From Bigelowiella natans CCMP2755 (Eukaryota > Protista > Cercozoa): a stretch of 64,000 bases of DNA. The stretch covers positions 1 to 64,000 of the forward strand of contig ADNK01001965.1 of the NCBI GenBank assembly GCA_000320545.1. Direction: 5' to 3'. Positions 1 to 20,580 of the stretch are shown here, one piece after another. The position numbers were made by a program, and so were the translations under genes. How positions within the stretch are numbered: the first letter of the stretch is position 1; the number at the start of each line of letters is the position of its first letter. The notes under the pieces are model-generated. The model saw only the letters and a program-made list of their open reading frames with translations, made no database searches and had not been told where the DNA came from.

Positions 1-1353
1 AGGATGATCATCAATCAAGCTCACTCGTAGACACCTCTAAACTCTACTACCGAAGAAAACGCAGCTCTTTAGTGTTTGTGTAGGGGTCTCGGAAGGGGTA
101 CCCAGCTGCAGCTTTCAATGACGAGTGAGAGAAATGTCTATAGTCGCACATCGGAGGAGTTGTCGGCATCAGTGAAAAGACCGTCGTATTCGGCTCACTT
201 AAGGTGGGCCTTGTCCTCGCCCGCCGAACAGTTCCTCCTCGAGGTGTACGCCTACGCACTGAAGAGCGTATTACGTGTGATCATATTTTCTCCCACCTAC
301 ACGTCGGCAGCCGCATTCCGCAGTCGTAGAAGAGATGAAATTATGGAGGAGGAGGAGGAGGGGGGGGAGGGTGGAGATGGAGCAGCTAGGCTGCACGAGG
401 GTGGCAACGGTGAAGATGCGGTTATAACAGGGAAGGCGCGCAAAGCTGCCCCCCCCCCTTTATCGTCGTCATCATCATCATCATCATCACCGCCACGCAG
501 TAGTAGGTGGGAGCAGGCGAAGGAAGAGATGAGAAGGTAATAGTGATATGCTACCCTCCGAACATCATCAGAACACACTACCACCCAGCCATTGAAGCTG
601 CTGTTGTGTTGTTTGTTTGTCATCGTCGGGATGGCGGTGTGATGACGTCCGAGTAGGTTTATGATGCCTCTTGGGAAACTTAAAGGCCACTACACGCTGT
701 TGGTGAGGAGCTGCTCTCTCCTCTTCGTGAGGGGGTTTTGCGGATTTCCTGCCCAGTTCTTCATGTTCAAAGTTCTCCAGGAGCGCTACGGGTACGGGAG
801 AAGATAAGACTAATCGTGAGAAGACGACGCAGGAGGGGGGAAGGCGAGTCAGATCGGGAGTCAAGCAACAGATCAAAATGAGTGTGAGGAGTAGGAGGAG
901 GAGAAGGAGGAGAAGAAGGAATGATAGTGTGTGATGTCTGAATGCAGTGATGGATAGGAGGGGAGGGGGGGTAGTGGTTGGAAGGCACTCCATATCCCTG
1001 TCTTCGCACTTGTAGTAATAGTAGTAATAGTAGTAGCAGTACTACAGCTACTACTAGCGACGATGGTGAGGATGTGCATGGAAGAACGAAGCTATTGTAT
1101 CACTGCTGACGGTATCCGCTACTACTATTGCTGATGCTCCTGCCGTTGCAAAAAACAATAGCTACAGCACGTTGGAAGTGACTGCGATCACCATCGGGGG
1201 GGGGATGCTCTCGATCTTCGCTTACGTGAGCGCGGGGAAAATCTCCGACCGCGTCGGGCGACGACCGGTGCTGTCCATAGTGTATGCAACGTACTTCCTG
1301 TCCCTCCTCCTCTTCTACAACTCCTCTGGGGGAGCTTTCACCGTGGTAAGTAA

Positions 1354-1399
<46 letters not shown>

Positions 1400-2189
1400 A
1401 AGCGTAGGTTGGGTGGGCGAGGAGAATCGAGGAAGGAATGGGGACGGGGTCCGCCGCCAAATACATGTATAGTAAGAAGAAGCTGTTACGAAAAAATAAT
1501 AACGCGATGTGAAATGCATGCTACATTTTAGAAAGGCAGGTATGTAAGCAGCATTGACCACAGGGAGTGAACGCTGCTGCTGCTGCTGCTGCTCGATGAC
1601 GTATTTACTGTTGTAGATGTCGTGGGTCGTGTTTGCTGCGTCGATGTTTGGACTCGACGTCTTGAACAATGCGATTGTATCCGAAATATTCCCGACGATG
1701 GCGAGAGCCACAGCTAGCACAATCTCGGTAGTAGCAGTGATAGTAGTAGCAATAGTAGTAGTAGTAGTAGTAGTAGTTGTTGTAATAGTAGTAGTAACTG
1801 TAGTAGCATTTGTATATCAGAACAGTGATGGTGCCGCATTCACACGTGTAGTAGCGGTGATGATGATAATGGTGACGACGACGACGACGACGATGATGAT
1901 GATGATGATGATGATAGTGAGGTGGACTCCGGTCCTCCCTCTTCCTGTTGCTTCTTCCTTCTTCCTCAGGTGGTGGTTGGCGTTGTCGGGACTATCTGTG
2001 GCATCGTCACAGAAGGTAGCATCGATATTGATGGTGATGATGATGGTGGTAGTGGTGGTGGTGATAATAAACTGCGTAAGCGAAGATGGAAGTTACGTTG
2101 ATGGATCATTGCCAGCTCCATACTCATAGCACATAAATACACACGACTGCACATGCACACACACACACAAACACACACACACACACACA

Positions 2190-2230
<41 letters not shown>

Positions 2231-2520
2231 GCGGACAGCACACATACACTTTATCAGAAATAGATTGAGGTAATGCCTGTCCCATTCGCGTGTCAGCCTC
2301 ACAACCAACCTCCTTACGAAGCTAAGACAAGAAGAATCATCACCCTCAATTGCATGTTAACCATAGATCGCTCTGTCATAACGCAGGGCTTATCTTCGGA
2401 CACTACACAAGGTCCCATTGGGCTTCTACGTCCTATGTTGCACTCCCTGGTTTCGCCTGCGTGGGTTTGGTATGGCTGCTGCCTGAGCCCGCGTTCCAAT
2501 CGCTTGATGGCGACGGATGA
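1..2520 (+). CDS. Major facilitator superfamily transporter, 3' portion (multi-exon, 5' end outside window)
   Basis: Spliced exons give ...GKISDRVGRRPVL (MFS motif A, 1172-1345), NAIVSEIFPTMARATASTIS (1617-1727), VVVGVVGTICGIVTE (1969-2015), then GLIFGHY...VWLLPEPAFQSLDGDG* with TGA at 2518-2520; GT-AG introns. Confidence 0.85.
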
Positions 2521-3297
2521 TATAATCGATGGCTCATACTTTTTCCGCTCAGTGCAAAAAAAGCGAAGCGCTCTAGGCAGAATAATGGCAGTACGTCGGG
2601 GACGTATCATAAAATGCCCCCGTCCCTCTGCCGCTCCCCTGGAGTTGAAAAGATAGTACTTTACCCCCCTCTGTGTGCTTATGTATAGCTTGTAGCCTCG
2701 GAATTATACAACTAATACGCTACATATGTGATAAGAGTAGATGGAAAGTCAGATGCTATGTACGAACAATGTCTCCAGTGTCTTTGGATACTATACTTTT
2801 ATGCACGTTCGAGCCCGCGCGCGCGCATGCTCATATACGTAAAATACAGCTGCGTGTACATGCTAGCATGGCCACACTAGCACATACACACATACCTAGC
2901 TGTGTGTAATTTATGACAATATCCGCAGCGCTGACTGGCACGATATGCGTCCAAAATAGATGACGAAAATTATCTTCCCTCACCAAATCGCAGATGTAAT
3001 ATAATACACAAGGCATTATCTGCGCTACAATAACTTCAGCAGCATAACAATGCATGTACTACTAAAGAAAGATGTGATCGTCACATGTTGTGTACTTCAT
3101 TCCTATTTTGTTTTACACGAGAGATAATAGTGCATTATGCTAGCGTGGGTGATCGTAGCTGCTATGAGATAGAGTTTATTGTCTACAAACAAAAAAAGCC
3201 TTCATCGAGCACGGACCCGAACATTATCGACTACTTTCCGACGAGACTTACCAGTAGCTATGTTGCTCTCTTCCAGCAGGGACTACTTCATTTTTCG

Positions 3298-3987
3298 TCA
3301 CGTCTTTACCCCACTCTCTGCTTTCACCTCTTGTTGATGCCGCGTTTCTGCGGCGGCTGGAAGCGATGATAAGGCCTTTGTGCACCTACTAGCAGTGGCC
3401 TGGATGGTGAGCCTTTTCTTCGGATTCGCCCGCAGCATCGCCTTGATGAGTTTTCGCGTGGTTGAGCTGATTTTGATCTCCGAAGCGACCTCGGAAGGCT
3501 TGGGGTACTCCACGGCGCCCTGCATCAATGCGAGCTTCATGAAGCCGTCTACCGGTCCTCCGTCGAAAGGGTTCTTGCCCACCAGCATGAAGTACAGCAC
3601 GCAGCCCAGCCCGAATACATCGATCTTACCATCAACGGATGATCCTGTCTTCACATCATGGAGCTCCGGCGCGCGGTACGCGGCGGTGCAGTATTTCTCG
3701 GCGTCGTCTTGGATGCGCAGGGCCTCGTTGCGCGTCTCCGCAGTGCGGAGCACCGGCCGGCACGAGCCTCGGAGAGGAGAGAGGAGGAGGATTGGCATAG
3801 GCGAAGAGGCGCAGGAGAAAGAGAAGAAGAAGAAGAAGAAGAAGAAGAAGAGGCAAAAGCCAACAATAAGGCAAGGTGAGCGATATGTAGAAGAAAATGC
3901 ACACTACTTAGGGAGAGACTTCTTTTCTTTAAGTGTAATTTGGATTCTAACTCTCACGCATATCATTCCTCCACTTTTTCCCGCCCT

Positions 3988-4028
<41 letters not shown>

Positions 4029-4848
4029 GTGCGTGCTATTTCATGTGCCTGTCTTTCTTCTATCTCCCATTTCAGCATCCCCATATATTCTCCTCCAGAA
4101 TACAATTATGCGTATCATCAGCCTTTACTACCACTATTACCAAGGTCACACAGGTGCGGTTCGTTGTTCTTGTCCAGGAGGATATTTTCTGGCTTGAGAT
4201 CACCATGAATGAAACCTGCCTCGTGCAATGCCTGGAGAGCTTCGCACACCTTTCCTGTAAGGACGAGTGCCTGCTGCTCCGAAAACATAACGGGAGCGTC
4301 ACCATTGCTATTGCTGCCGGCCTCAACCGCTCTCGCAACCACGCTGAAGAGAGAATCCTTCAGCAATGGAAAGAGCAATACAACCTCCTTCGAGTCTCCG
4401 CCGCGAAGGGACATAGTCCTCGAGCCTAGAAGCTGCAGAAACCCGGGCTTACCCTTCATCAGCTGGAACATCTTCACCTCTGCCAACGCGGCTTTTAGCT
4501 GCTCTGAGTTCTGTGCCGGGATCTGAAGTTTGTAACGATCATAACACAATAATCATCACTAGCTGTCCTTCTTAGGGATCCTTTTGCATTCCTCAGCGCT
4601 AGTTACATCACCTTCTTCAGACAGAGGGTCTTTCCCTTCGCATCTCGAGCTCGGAAGATATACGAGTAGCCACCTGTGTGACGACGACGACGACGACGAT
4701 TGGTGATTCAAATGGAGGAGGAGAATAACGCCATATGTGGACTCGGACCTTCTGCTATCTGACGCTGCGGATAAACTCGACCGCCCTCGTAGCCATCGAA
4801 GTCGAAAGATTCATCACCCAACTCGGAGCAAGGAACCAAAGACCCCAT
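3298..4848 (-). CDS. Ser/Thr protein kinase, STK16/NAK family (4 exons)
   Basis: Exons give MGSLVPCS..IAEG|GYSYIFRARD..LCLKK|..HGDLKPENILL..LCDLG|SC..YCTAAYRAPEL..DVFGLGCVLY. The DLGS and CTxxYRAPEL motifs and the MG..C N-terminus match STK16. Confidence 0.88.
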
Positions 4849-5100
4849 GTGTGTATTGGTCTAACCCTCCCCTCGTTCGCAAGGTCAGAGATCAATCTCT
4901 GAGCTGCTGAGAAACACCTGCCGACTACTCGTAATTTTGGGGAAATATGGGCGTTTTTATGCCTACGACATGGTAAAATAATGAATCATGGCAAAAGATC
5001 GGTATCCGTCTGTCTTTCCTCGGGTCGGAACGGATGAAACCAGGAGCTTCCACAATGGGTCTGTGCACGTGCAGAAAGTGTTCCGGTGAATTTAGCTGCA

Positions 5101-5940
5101 CGCACACCTTCGAACCGCACACGAATCGCATGCCCTCGAGTCGAAAGTTTGCCTGGGGGCATCATTCTTCACCCAACCCACACCGACCCAAGACCCAAGA
5201 CCCAAGACGGACAAACAAACATCGATGCTGGTCTTGCAAGAAACAAGAAATTCAATTCAATTCAATTCAAGAAACATGGTTGATCGATTGACTGCACTTC
5301 CAAAGTGTTGCCTGACACTTGCAAAATTTGTGGTGATGAATTTTTCGACGGACACGGCCACTCCTCCAATTGGATCCTGTTTTGTCTTTCTAGCTTTCCA
5401 CGTGGGCAAGGGCAAAGCACATCTAGGAACTCGACGGGCCATGTGCAGGCCAAAGGTTCACTGGAAGATCTCCCTTTGGCAATCAAAACAAATGATTGTT
5501 CGTGGGTGAGACCTAGCACTCGTGGACATGGTCCTTCATTGTTGAGAAAGCACGCCCTGGCATGAGGTTGTCATGACGCTTCAACAATTCGCTCCTGCCT
5601 CACGTGCAGTCTGTCCGACAGACTTGCGGAAGAACTCGCATGCATTCTCGAATCATTGTCGCACCAAAATGAAAGAACGTGAATGCTGTGACTCGAAAAG
5701 GGCCAATGGTGTTGATCAGCTGATGTCAATGAACAATGAACAATGAACAAAGCGTTGATCAAATCTGCATGCTAGCATGCGCCAGAACCACATGTCTCAG
5801 TTCTTGAGCGAACAAAACGTGTCCCACAATCAACAAGACAAGTGTCGCCGTGTTCCCATGTGGACAACTTTTGGGGCACATGGCTAGTGGTCACATGGTC
5901 ATGTGTGCTGACTTGAACAGTTCCGAGTGTGTGCACAGAT
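5101..5940. repeat. TpA-depleted block 1 with degenerate repeat/TE relics
   Basis: 5 TpA in 840 bp, all within CTAG. Contains (CCCAAGA)3 near 5187, (TTCAA)4 at 5251-5270, and a segment shared with 61083-61147. Confidence 0.8.
5727..5794 (-). mobile_element. Dispersed repeat copy A, probable 3' end of a non-LTR retrotransposon
   Basis: Reverse complement aligns with 61083-61147 (catgtggttctggcgcatg...gatttg..tcaa.gctttgttcattgttcatt) and ends in a (TTGTTCA)n tail. Confidence 0.65.
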
Positions 5941-6100
5941 TACGAGTTGCATTTGTTGCTCCGGTTAGCCTGTGTTGGCCATGCGCGCATGTCATCCTTG
6001 CCGCAAACACACATCTGACAAGACACACCACACCAATCATGCCATGCCACCACGCTTGAACAATGACGCTCATCTATGAGAAGTGCAATGTTGACATGCT

Positions 6101-8074
6101 TCAGTTTTTGGTCATTGGAATAAATCGGAAGCAATTGGACCCTTCGTTGTCGCAACTATCATTGTCAACAGCGATCGTCCCACAGCCTGGGTAAGGAAAG
6201 TGAGGCGAGAGGAGAATGGCATTTTCTTCGACAATGTTCTTCATCAGGCGAATTCGAGATTTCGCTGATATCTCTGGATCCCAGTCGAAGACAGGCGACC
6301 TACACAGCGAAAGAAAGATAATCGTAAAATAATGAGGAAAAAACTGCAAAGTTGCATGTTCCCTGAAAGTGAGTATACAAAATTTCGATGCGAAATGATT
6401 CCATTGTATTAAGCATTGGCATTTGCCGTTGGTATTAAAATTCGAATTCAAATGCTCAAATGGAGCGGTACCAGGCAGGAGACTGCACTTGTGCGAGATG
6501 ATGCATGGCATCACCAATCCAGTAACTACAAGAAAATGACGGGAAGGAAATGTGATCAAGATGAAGATGAAAATGATCATGATAATTATGACAGAGATAA
6601 AAATATAAAAATAGCATACATGGACATGTGAGGAACGAGGTGGTACATAAGCCAAATACTTGGGAGAAAAGGGAAGAGAGGAAAAGACATGAAAGGAGGG
6701 GCGAGAGGAAGGACAAATTCTTTGAATGTAATAAAGTTGCGAGTATGCATGCTTGCGTGCATCACACGTACACTCCTCGTTTCTCTGAGTCCTTTCCATC
6801 AACGATGCGGATAACCTTCAACAATTTTACAGTCACGTATATGTTACATACATACATATACGCAAATATTATGTAGAAAGAGAAGGGAGAAGAGGAGACA
6901 AACAGAAAGAGCTTATGGAGAGAATATGCTTCACATCCTTTTACAGACTATTCTCGCACTTACTACATCTCAGGATAGGCTAGGAGGAGGGGGAGGAGAG
7001 GAGGGGGAGGGACCTGATGGCCTGGCGTGTGGCCTTCGCACGGCACAACTTCCACTCCTACCACGAAATATGACGGAATTATCAGATATTGACATTGCTC
7101 GAAGTCCCGAAAAGCAGTTTAGTACTCAGAAGTGGCTCTTCTTATGCTATATGCAGACGACGTTTACTACGCTATATATTGCTATATTCGATTTGTGGTT
7201 CCTGTAGCGGTGGGTGTCGGTGCGTGTGTGCGCTTGAGCTTCAAGGGGAGAACTACCAGGGGTCAGCCACTGCCTCCCCTGTATCTAATAGTACAGAGGT
7301 GGAAGGAGGGATGATGACAAGATGAGTCACGATGGTGCTCATGATGATATCAATGATATTTAGATGACGCTGATGTGAACGGTGGTGGTAAATTTGCCTC
7401 CGAGCGTGAGAGGTGACAACGATTATAATGCTCCCGCCTTCCTTCGAGTTGTCATCCTACCTTTGTCATCATTCCCCGCTCCTCAAGTGGCCTGAGGAGG
7501 GAGAAAAGAAGAAGATGAAGAAGAAAAACATGGAGAGGAAAAAGAAAAGAACAACTCTTCACTGTTTCCTGCACAACATCTACGCCGTACACCACCACCA
7601 CCACCACTATCCTTCACAGCCAGTATCCACAGCTGCCCATGCAGATCAGAGCAACGCTCTGATAAAAGGAGGAAGTAACCTACCTAAGTTTGATGTCGTA
7701 CTGCGTGCGCGCCTTGAGATCCTCGCTGCTAGTCCAGAAATCCCACTCCCTTTCCTACGTGCAAGATGAAGTTCTTTGTCTTTCATTCAGAGAGGCTGCA
7801 ATCTTCAGTCATGGCAGCTAGCAACGGTCTTTTCAAGGCCATGGAACCCACCCCCCAATTTCTTCCCGTCTCCCCCCTATCCCCCCCCTCTTTTTTGCTG
7901 TTGTGCTGTTGTACTTCTCACGACAAGAAAAAACCAAAGAAGACTGACACCTGCACGCAGTGCTTTGCGTTGGAGAAGAGAGGAATAATCTACCAACCAG
8001 TGGGCATTTTGTGAGCTGGTTGCAATTAAAGGGGGGGCGGGGGAAGGGAATAGGGAGAGGGGAGCGAAAGTAGG

Positions 8075-8118
<44 letters not shown>

Positions 8119-8209
8119 AGAGAGAAAGAGACGGGGGGGTGGGAGACCTTGCCCTCTTCCTTGGGATCCTCGATTACATTCCAGCCTTATTCGGATAGAA
8201 AAAGATATT

Positions 8210-8248
<39 letters not shown>

Positions 8249-8744
8249 CGCCAATAGCTAATGACTAACGAACAATTGCACGGCACAATTCTTCAAAGCA
8301 AGCGAGCTCAGTTCTCACCAACCAGTGTGGTCCGAGTGCAGATGCGTGTGGACCACCAGATCGATGTCCTCGGGACGTATGTTTGCCGCGTGCAGCAGGA
8401 GGTGCCTGCACCAGTGCGTGTAGGCCAAGAAACACCAATCAGAAGTAGTACAAGCAGAGGAAAAGGTTATGTAGATAAAGAAGAATGTCAAATCTTTCGC
8501 ATTATAATGGCCAATACGAAACAGGTGTGCAGAAGAGCGAGAAAGAGACCTTAAATCGCGTTTGGGCCAGCGCTGTGGGTTAATGATTCCCAGGGCTGCG
8601 GGAGGGAAAAGGTGAGCCAATGATAGGAAAAACAGCCTGGTGTCAGGTAAAATTTGAAGGGTTCTTTCATGTTTCATCGAATCACTTGGAGCAGAAAGAT
8701 GGCTATATATGAATTGAAATATTCTCACATTCGCAGAAATTTAC

Positions 8745-8811
<67 letters not shown>

Positions 8812-9155
8812 TTCTATACTTGCATAAAACTGCACTCATAAATACACAATAACATATGGACGTCAAAAGCGCCATGTTCGTTTGTGATAGTTGGACAGCA
8901 GCAGCAGCAGCAGCATTATTTCATAAGAAATCATATGAATTACCTGAGTCGAGTAGAATGTGATTGGCCGCATACAGCTCTTTTGTCCCTCCCCCCTTTA
9001 AACTTCCTCTTTTGTGATGATGGCGTTCTGGTTTTCTCACGACTAGCACACAGCTGAATAGTAAATAAAAGTGGCATTAGCCGCGGAGAAATATGAGCAA
9101 CCCGCAGCAGCAGCAACGGCAGTTTATCATGTAAAGAAGGAACATATATTGCGCC

Positions 9156-9196
<41 letters not shown>

Positions 9197-9566
9197 CATA
9201 ATCTGAGGAGGCACACACCCTGACGAAAGCCTTGCTATGTCATCAGGTTGGATATCGGAAAAGCGCTCCTGCCATATGTCTGCCGAGATATGCGGAAACA
9301 TCTTCGCCAGAGGCAACTGATGATGATGGTGATAATGGTGGTGGTGATGATGATGATGATGATGATAATCACAACACGCGACAACGGTGGTGAGGATAAT
9401 GTGGTGCGAAAGTCGTATCGTTGAAGTGCCAAGGTGTCCCCTTCTGTTTTGCTTGCTCTATTCGCCAACTAGCACCACACCGCGCCAATGATGCTGCTAC
9501 AGCGCGCTAGTATTCAACTACCTCAATGTCGCCATCGTTGAGGAGGTAAACGTCGAATTCTCCCAT
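6101..9566 (-). CDS. Metallo-beta-lactamase-fold hydrolase (many short exons)
   Basis: Metal-binding motifs appear across exons in order: YLLNDG (9520-9566), ILLDS (~8950), HTHLHSDHTGW (~8320-8355), PLFSNAKH (~7970), EWDFW (~7740), GHTPGH (~7020), IGDAMHH (~6500), FDWDP..SPHFPYPG (6101-6295). An in-frame ATG also lies at 9608. Confidence 0.88.
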
Positions 9567-10030
9567 CTGCGGTGGGTCAATCAAAAATACCACCCGTCCC
9601 CCGATCATGCATTATCAGCAAGTGATAAAATCAGGAAGAGGGATGGTTGTGATGAACATTTTAGTCATAAATCGGGTAGAAGCGCAATCACTCGCAGTTT
9701 TTGCTGCAAAAATTGACTTATTCAACCGACCTCCAGCTTGTGAACGGACGATTCTAGATCCTCCTAACAACAACATTGATAAGAAGGGGGGGGGGGGGGG
9801 GGGAGGAAAAGACGACGATCCAAAACAATTGAGCGAATGAAATGTGGTGCGCGAAAATAGTTGTTTTTGCAACGGCTCAGTCCAAGTTTAAAAATGCATG
9901 CCATTGTGCACCTGCCCCCCCCTTAGGAACGTGACGAATCCCCTGCGAGTTTGTTTTCCGACGAGACGGCCTCCATGGGCGCTGTTGCTGTTGATACTCC
10001 CACTCGATTCGCTGCTGCTACAGCAGAAGC

Positions 10031-10883
10031 ATGGCGGTGGGCGACGAGAAGCGACAGCTGCGATCTGCTATGGGTTCCGAAGAAGAGCGGTTTGAGCGTA
10101 TTCGTCCTTGCGCAGTAGCATATTGTTGGGGCTACCTGATGACCTGCTATCCCGACGTCTGCCAATGCGTCGGAGCTCCTACGCTCGAACAAAGGTCGAC
10201 TCTTCAGATAGCACGACACTCCAAACACGGTCAGCCCTGAGGAACGGAGAAAAGCAACACGCTCAAATGGGAGGGCACCACCATTTAGTCAGCCCCTTAG
10301 TCCTCCGCAATCTATCATCCTTCGATAACTCTCGTAGACCTGCCGCTGTGAGGACCCTTTTCAGCCTCCGAGTGGGGCGGAACGCGGCTGCCATGCCCGT
10401 AGTACCCTAAATCTATGGAGAGAGATGAGTACCAAGGCGACGTCCAGTCGTTACTTATCGTTTTTCGGTGGTAACGGCTCGGCAACGACAGTGGATGGAT
10501 CCGTGAAATTAGACAATTTTTCAAGCCGATAACTTCAGCTTCGATCTATTACTATCTGTTTCTCAATACGAAGATCGGCTTAGCGTCCCTCCTGCATCCG
10601 GCCCCCCAATCGCAGCAGGCACGTAACAGAGCGGACAGCCACGCTCCTTGGAGATAAAGCGCATACCAGCCCGAGGAAAGAGGCCTGGAGGAGGGGCTTG
10701 GACGAGGCGATTTCTCCGAGAATAACGGAAACTGGATAACTCGCTTCAATCATGCAAGTCAGTCCAGATGGGAAGAAGAAACAAAGAGGTAGGTTGGTAG
10801 GCAGCGATTCCATTGAAAACATGGGTGTATATTTATGTATTTATATATCTTGTTTGTGTCTATGTGTACGTGTACGTGTACAT

Positions 10884-10923
<40 letters not shown>

Positions 10924-12000
10924 AAATGCGTACAAAGTCTTCGTTCATCTCAAGAATGCGTGCGCTAAGAGTATATTCCTTGTGCGCAGAGGACCGCCGG
11001 CCCACATGGGTCATCCAAAGTCAAGGAGGTGTGCTATCATAGAGAGAAAGGAGAGAAATAACTCTAATGACTGGAATTAACTTCTTCTTGGCCTTGATAT
11101 AGAGACTTCATATAGTGTTTGCTGCTGACAGGGAGGCCCTCCAGTGGTAGAGCTGGATTGCGTAAAGCAGGAGAAAGTTCAGGTTCTGTTTTAGAAATGT
11201 CTATATTTTAACGCTTGTCCACAGCGATTAATCATCGTCTTTCTTATCTTGGTGATGCAAGTGTCGCCAAAGAAAAACAATGGATCTGATGAATCCAAGA
11301 AGCTGGGTAAAGAGCTCATGGTAGGCAAACAACTCAGACAATGTTATCAAAAATATATACTGAATATAACGATGCTGCAGCGCAGCGCTCGCTGCGCTAT
11401 ATCAATGCATATATCAAACACAACATACATTAGGAAATGCTCAAGCAGCTTAAGCTTGAAGTTTATGAGACGGAATTCGAGGCGCAAAAACTGACAAAGA
11501 TTGGGCAGCTACTTAAACTATATGTACGTCGTCTCATCCTCACTCCACAGTATCATCATCATGCACCAAAATGCAGCATCTTGCGAGATGACCGAAGGAA
11601 AGAAAGACTTTTTTTCTGTGGAGAGAGAATTAAGAATTGCTTCGTTATGCTGCAATGTTATCGTGTCGTTGATTAGGAATGGGCGCCTTTTGGAGCAATA
11701 GGAGAGGCACTTGGTAAGTAAACTGCGGCTATATTCTGTCTTATCTTGATTGTATTCCATCCTACTAAGGCATGAAGATAGGAGAAACGATAGAATTATA
11801 CACAGAGGTATTGAACAACATAATGCTGCTTCTCATATGTATTTTGCCTATCGTGTGATTACTTTTATATCTTGAAGTTTAGCCCTGATGCATGCTGTGT
11901 GTTATTCTATTCCTCTTAGATCCAATCAAGAAGGCATAAAATGGGCCTACCAGACCATAATCATAAAAATGACCATCTTGCATGCTGCAATATATCCTAG
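10031..12000 (+). CDS. Hypothetical protein with C-terminal SAM-like domain and CaaX end
   Basis: Last exons splice in frame to EMLKQLKLEVYETEFEAQKLTKIGQLLKLY|EWAPFGAIGEAL|GMKIGETIELYTE|IQSRR...LACCNIS* (TAG 11998-12000). The 5' exon structure is uncertain. Confidence 0.6.
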
Positions 12001-12651
12001 CTCGCGCATGACAAGATTCGAGTGATTGTAGTAACCCAATATGCCCCTTCGATGTGCGAGTAGTAGGCTAGGGATGCAAGTCGAGAGTCACTGCACTCAG
12101 TCTTACACCAAACGCTCTGCCCGCACAGCGAAGCTCTACATTTACTCAAATCTAGAAGTGCGTTCTCTGCATGAAGGAGGTGTAATGATGTGATTAAAAC
12201 TTCTCAATAGCGTTCTTTACATGATGTATGTACATGTGGCCGTCGAAGAAGCTACAGCTAACGTGTCGCACTTGCTATTTGCGAGCAGAACAAGAGTCCA
12301 CATATAGCAATTATCGCGCATGTATGCATGCATGCGATACTCGTACTGCCAGAGCCGCCAGCGTTGTGATTATCTGCAGACACATGTACGTATGGCTCAC
12401 AACAGACATACGTATATGTGACATATATTATAAATATTATACATATAAGTGCTCGTACAAATTTAATAGTACGCACAACAGGAGGCAAATAGTACGCAGT
12501 ACAGGCGCTCACAATGTGCAACAATTGCATCGAGATGATAGCATTGCTAAGGAAATTATTACACACACGAATTCCTCGCAGACGCGCCTAGTGCTCAGCA
12601 CACGCGTCTTAGCTTTGACGTATTCATTGTGCCCCATACATTGGTATTTGG

Positions 12652-12685
<34 letters not shown>

Positions 12686-12752
12686 GCACTACTACTCTAA
12701 ATTCTTTCCATCTTTGTTTGCTGGTACATGATACAAAGAGGATGAATGGTGA

Positions 12753-20461
<7,709 letters not shown>

Positions 20462-20580
20462 GTCAGCCTAGCCTCCACAAATCGATTCATCCCCCACCCT
20501 CCACCTTGGACTGGGCCCACATTTGAGCTGGAGAAAATGTCTCATGAATATCGCTGAACCAAGGGCATTTTTTGCTGCGA

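Noticed and set aside
3380-4429. 349-aa plus-strand ORF and similar long ORFs (e.g. 15936-16577, 57254-57889, 62231-63019)
   Set aside because: Antisense shadows of real exons, or microsatellite-rich introns translated as low-complexity peptides.
5187-5207. (CCCAAGA)3 resembling the chlorarachniophyte nucleomorph telomere repeat CCCTAGA
   Set aside because: Only three units, and it needs a T->A change in every unit, which does not fit the local transition pattern; more likely an ordinary short tandem repeat.
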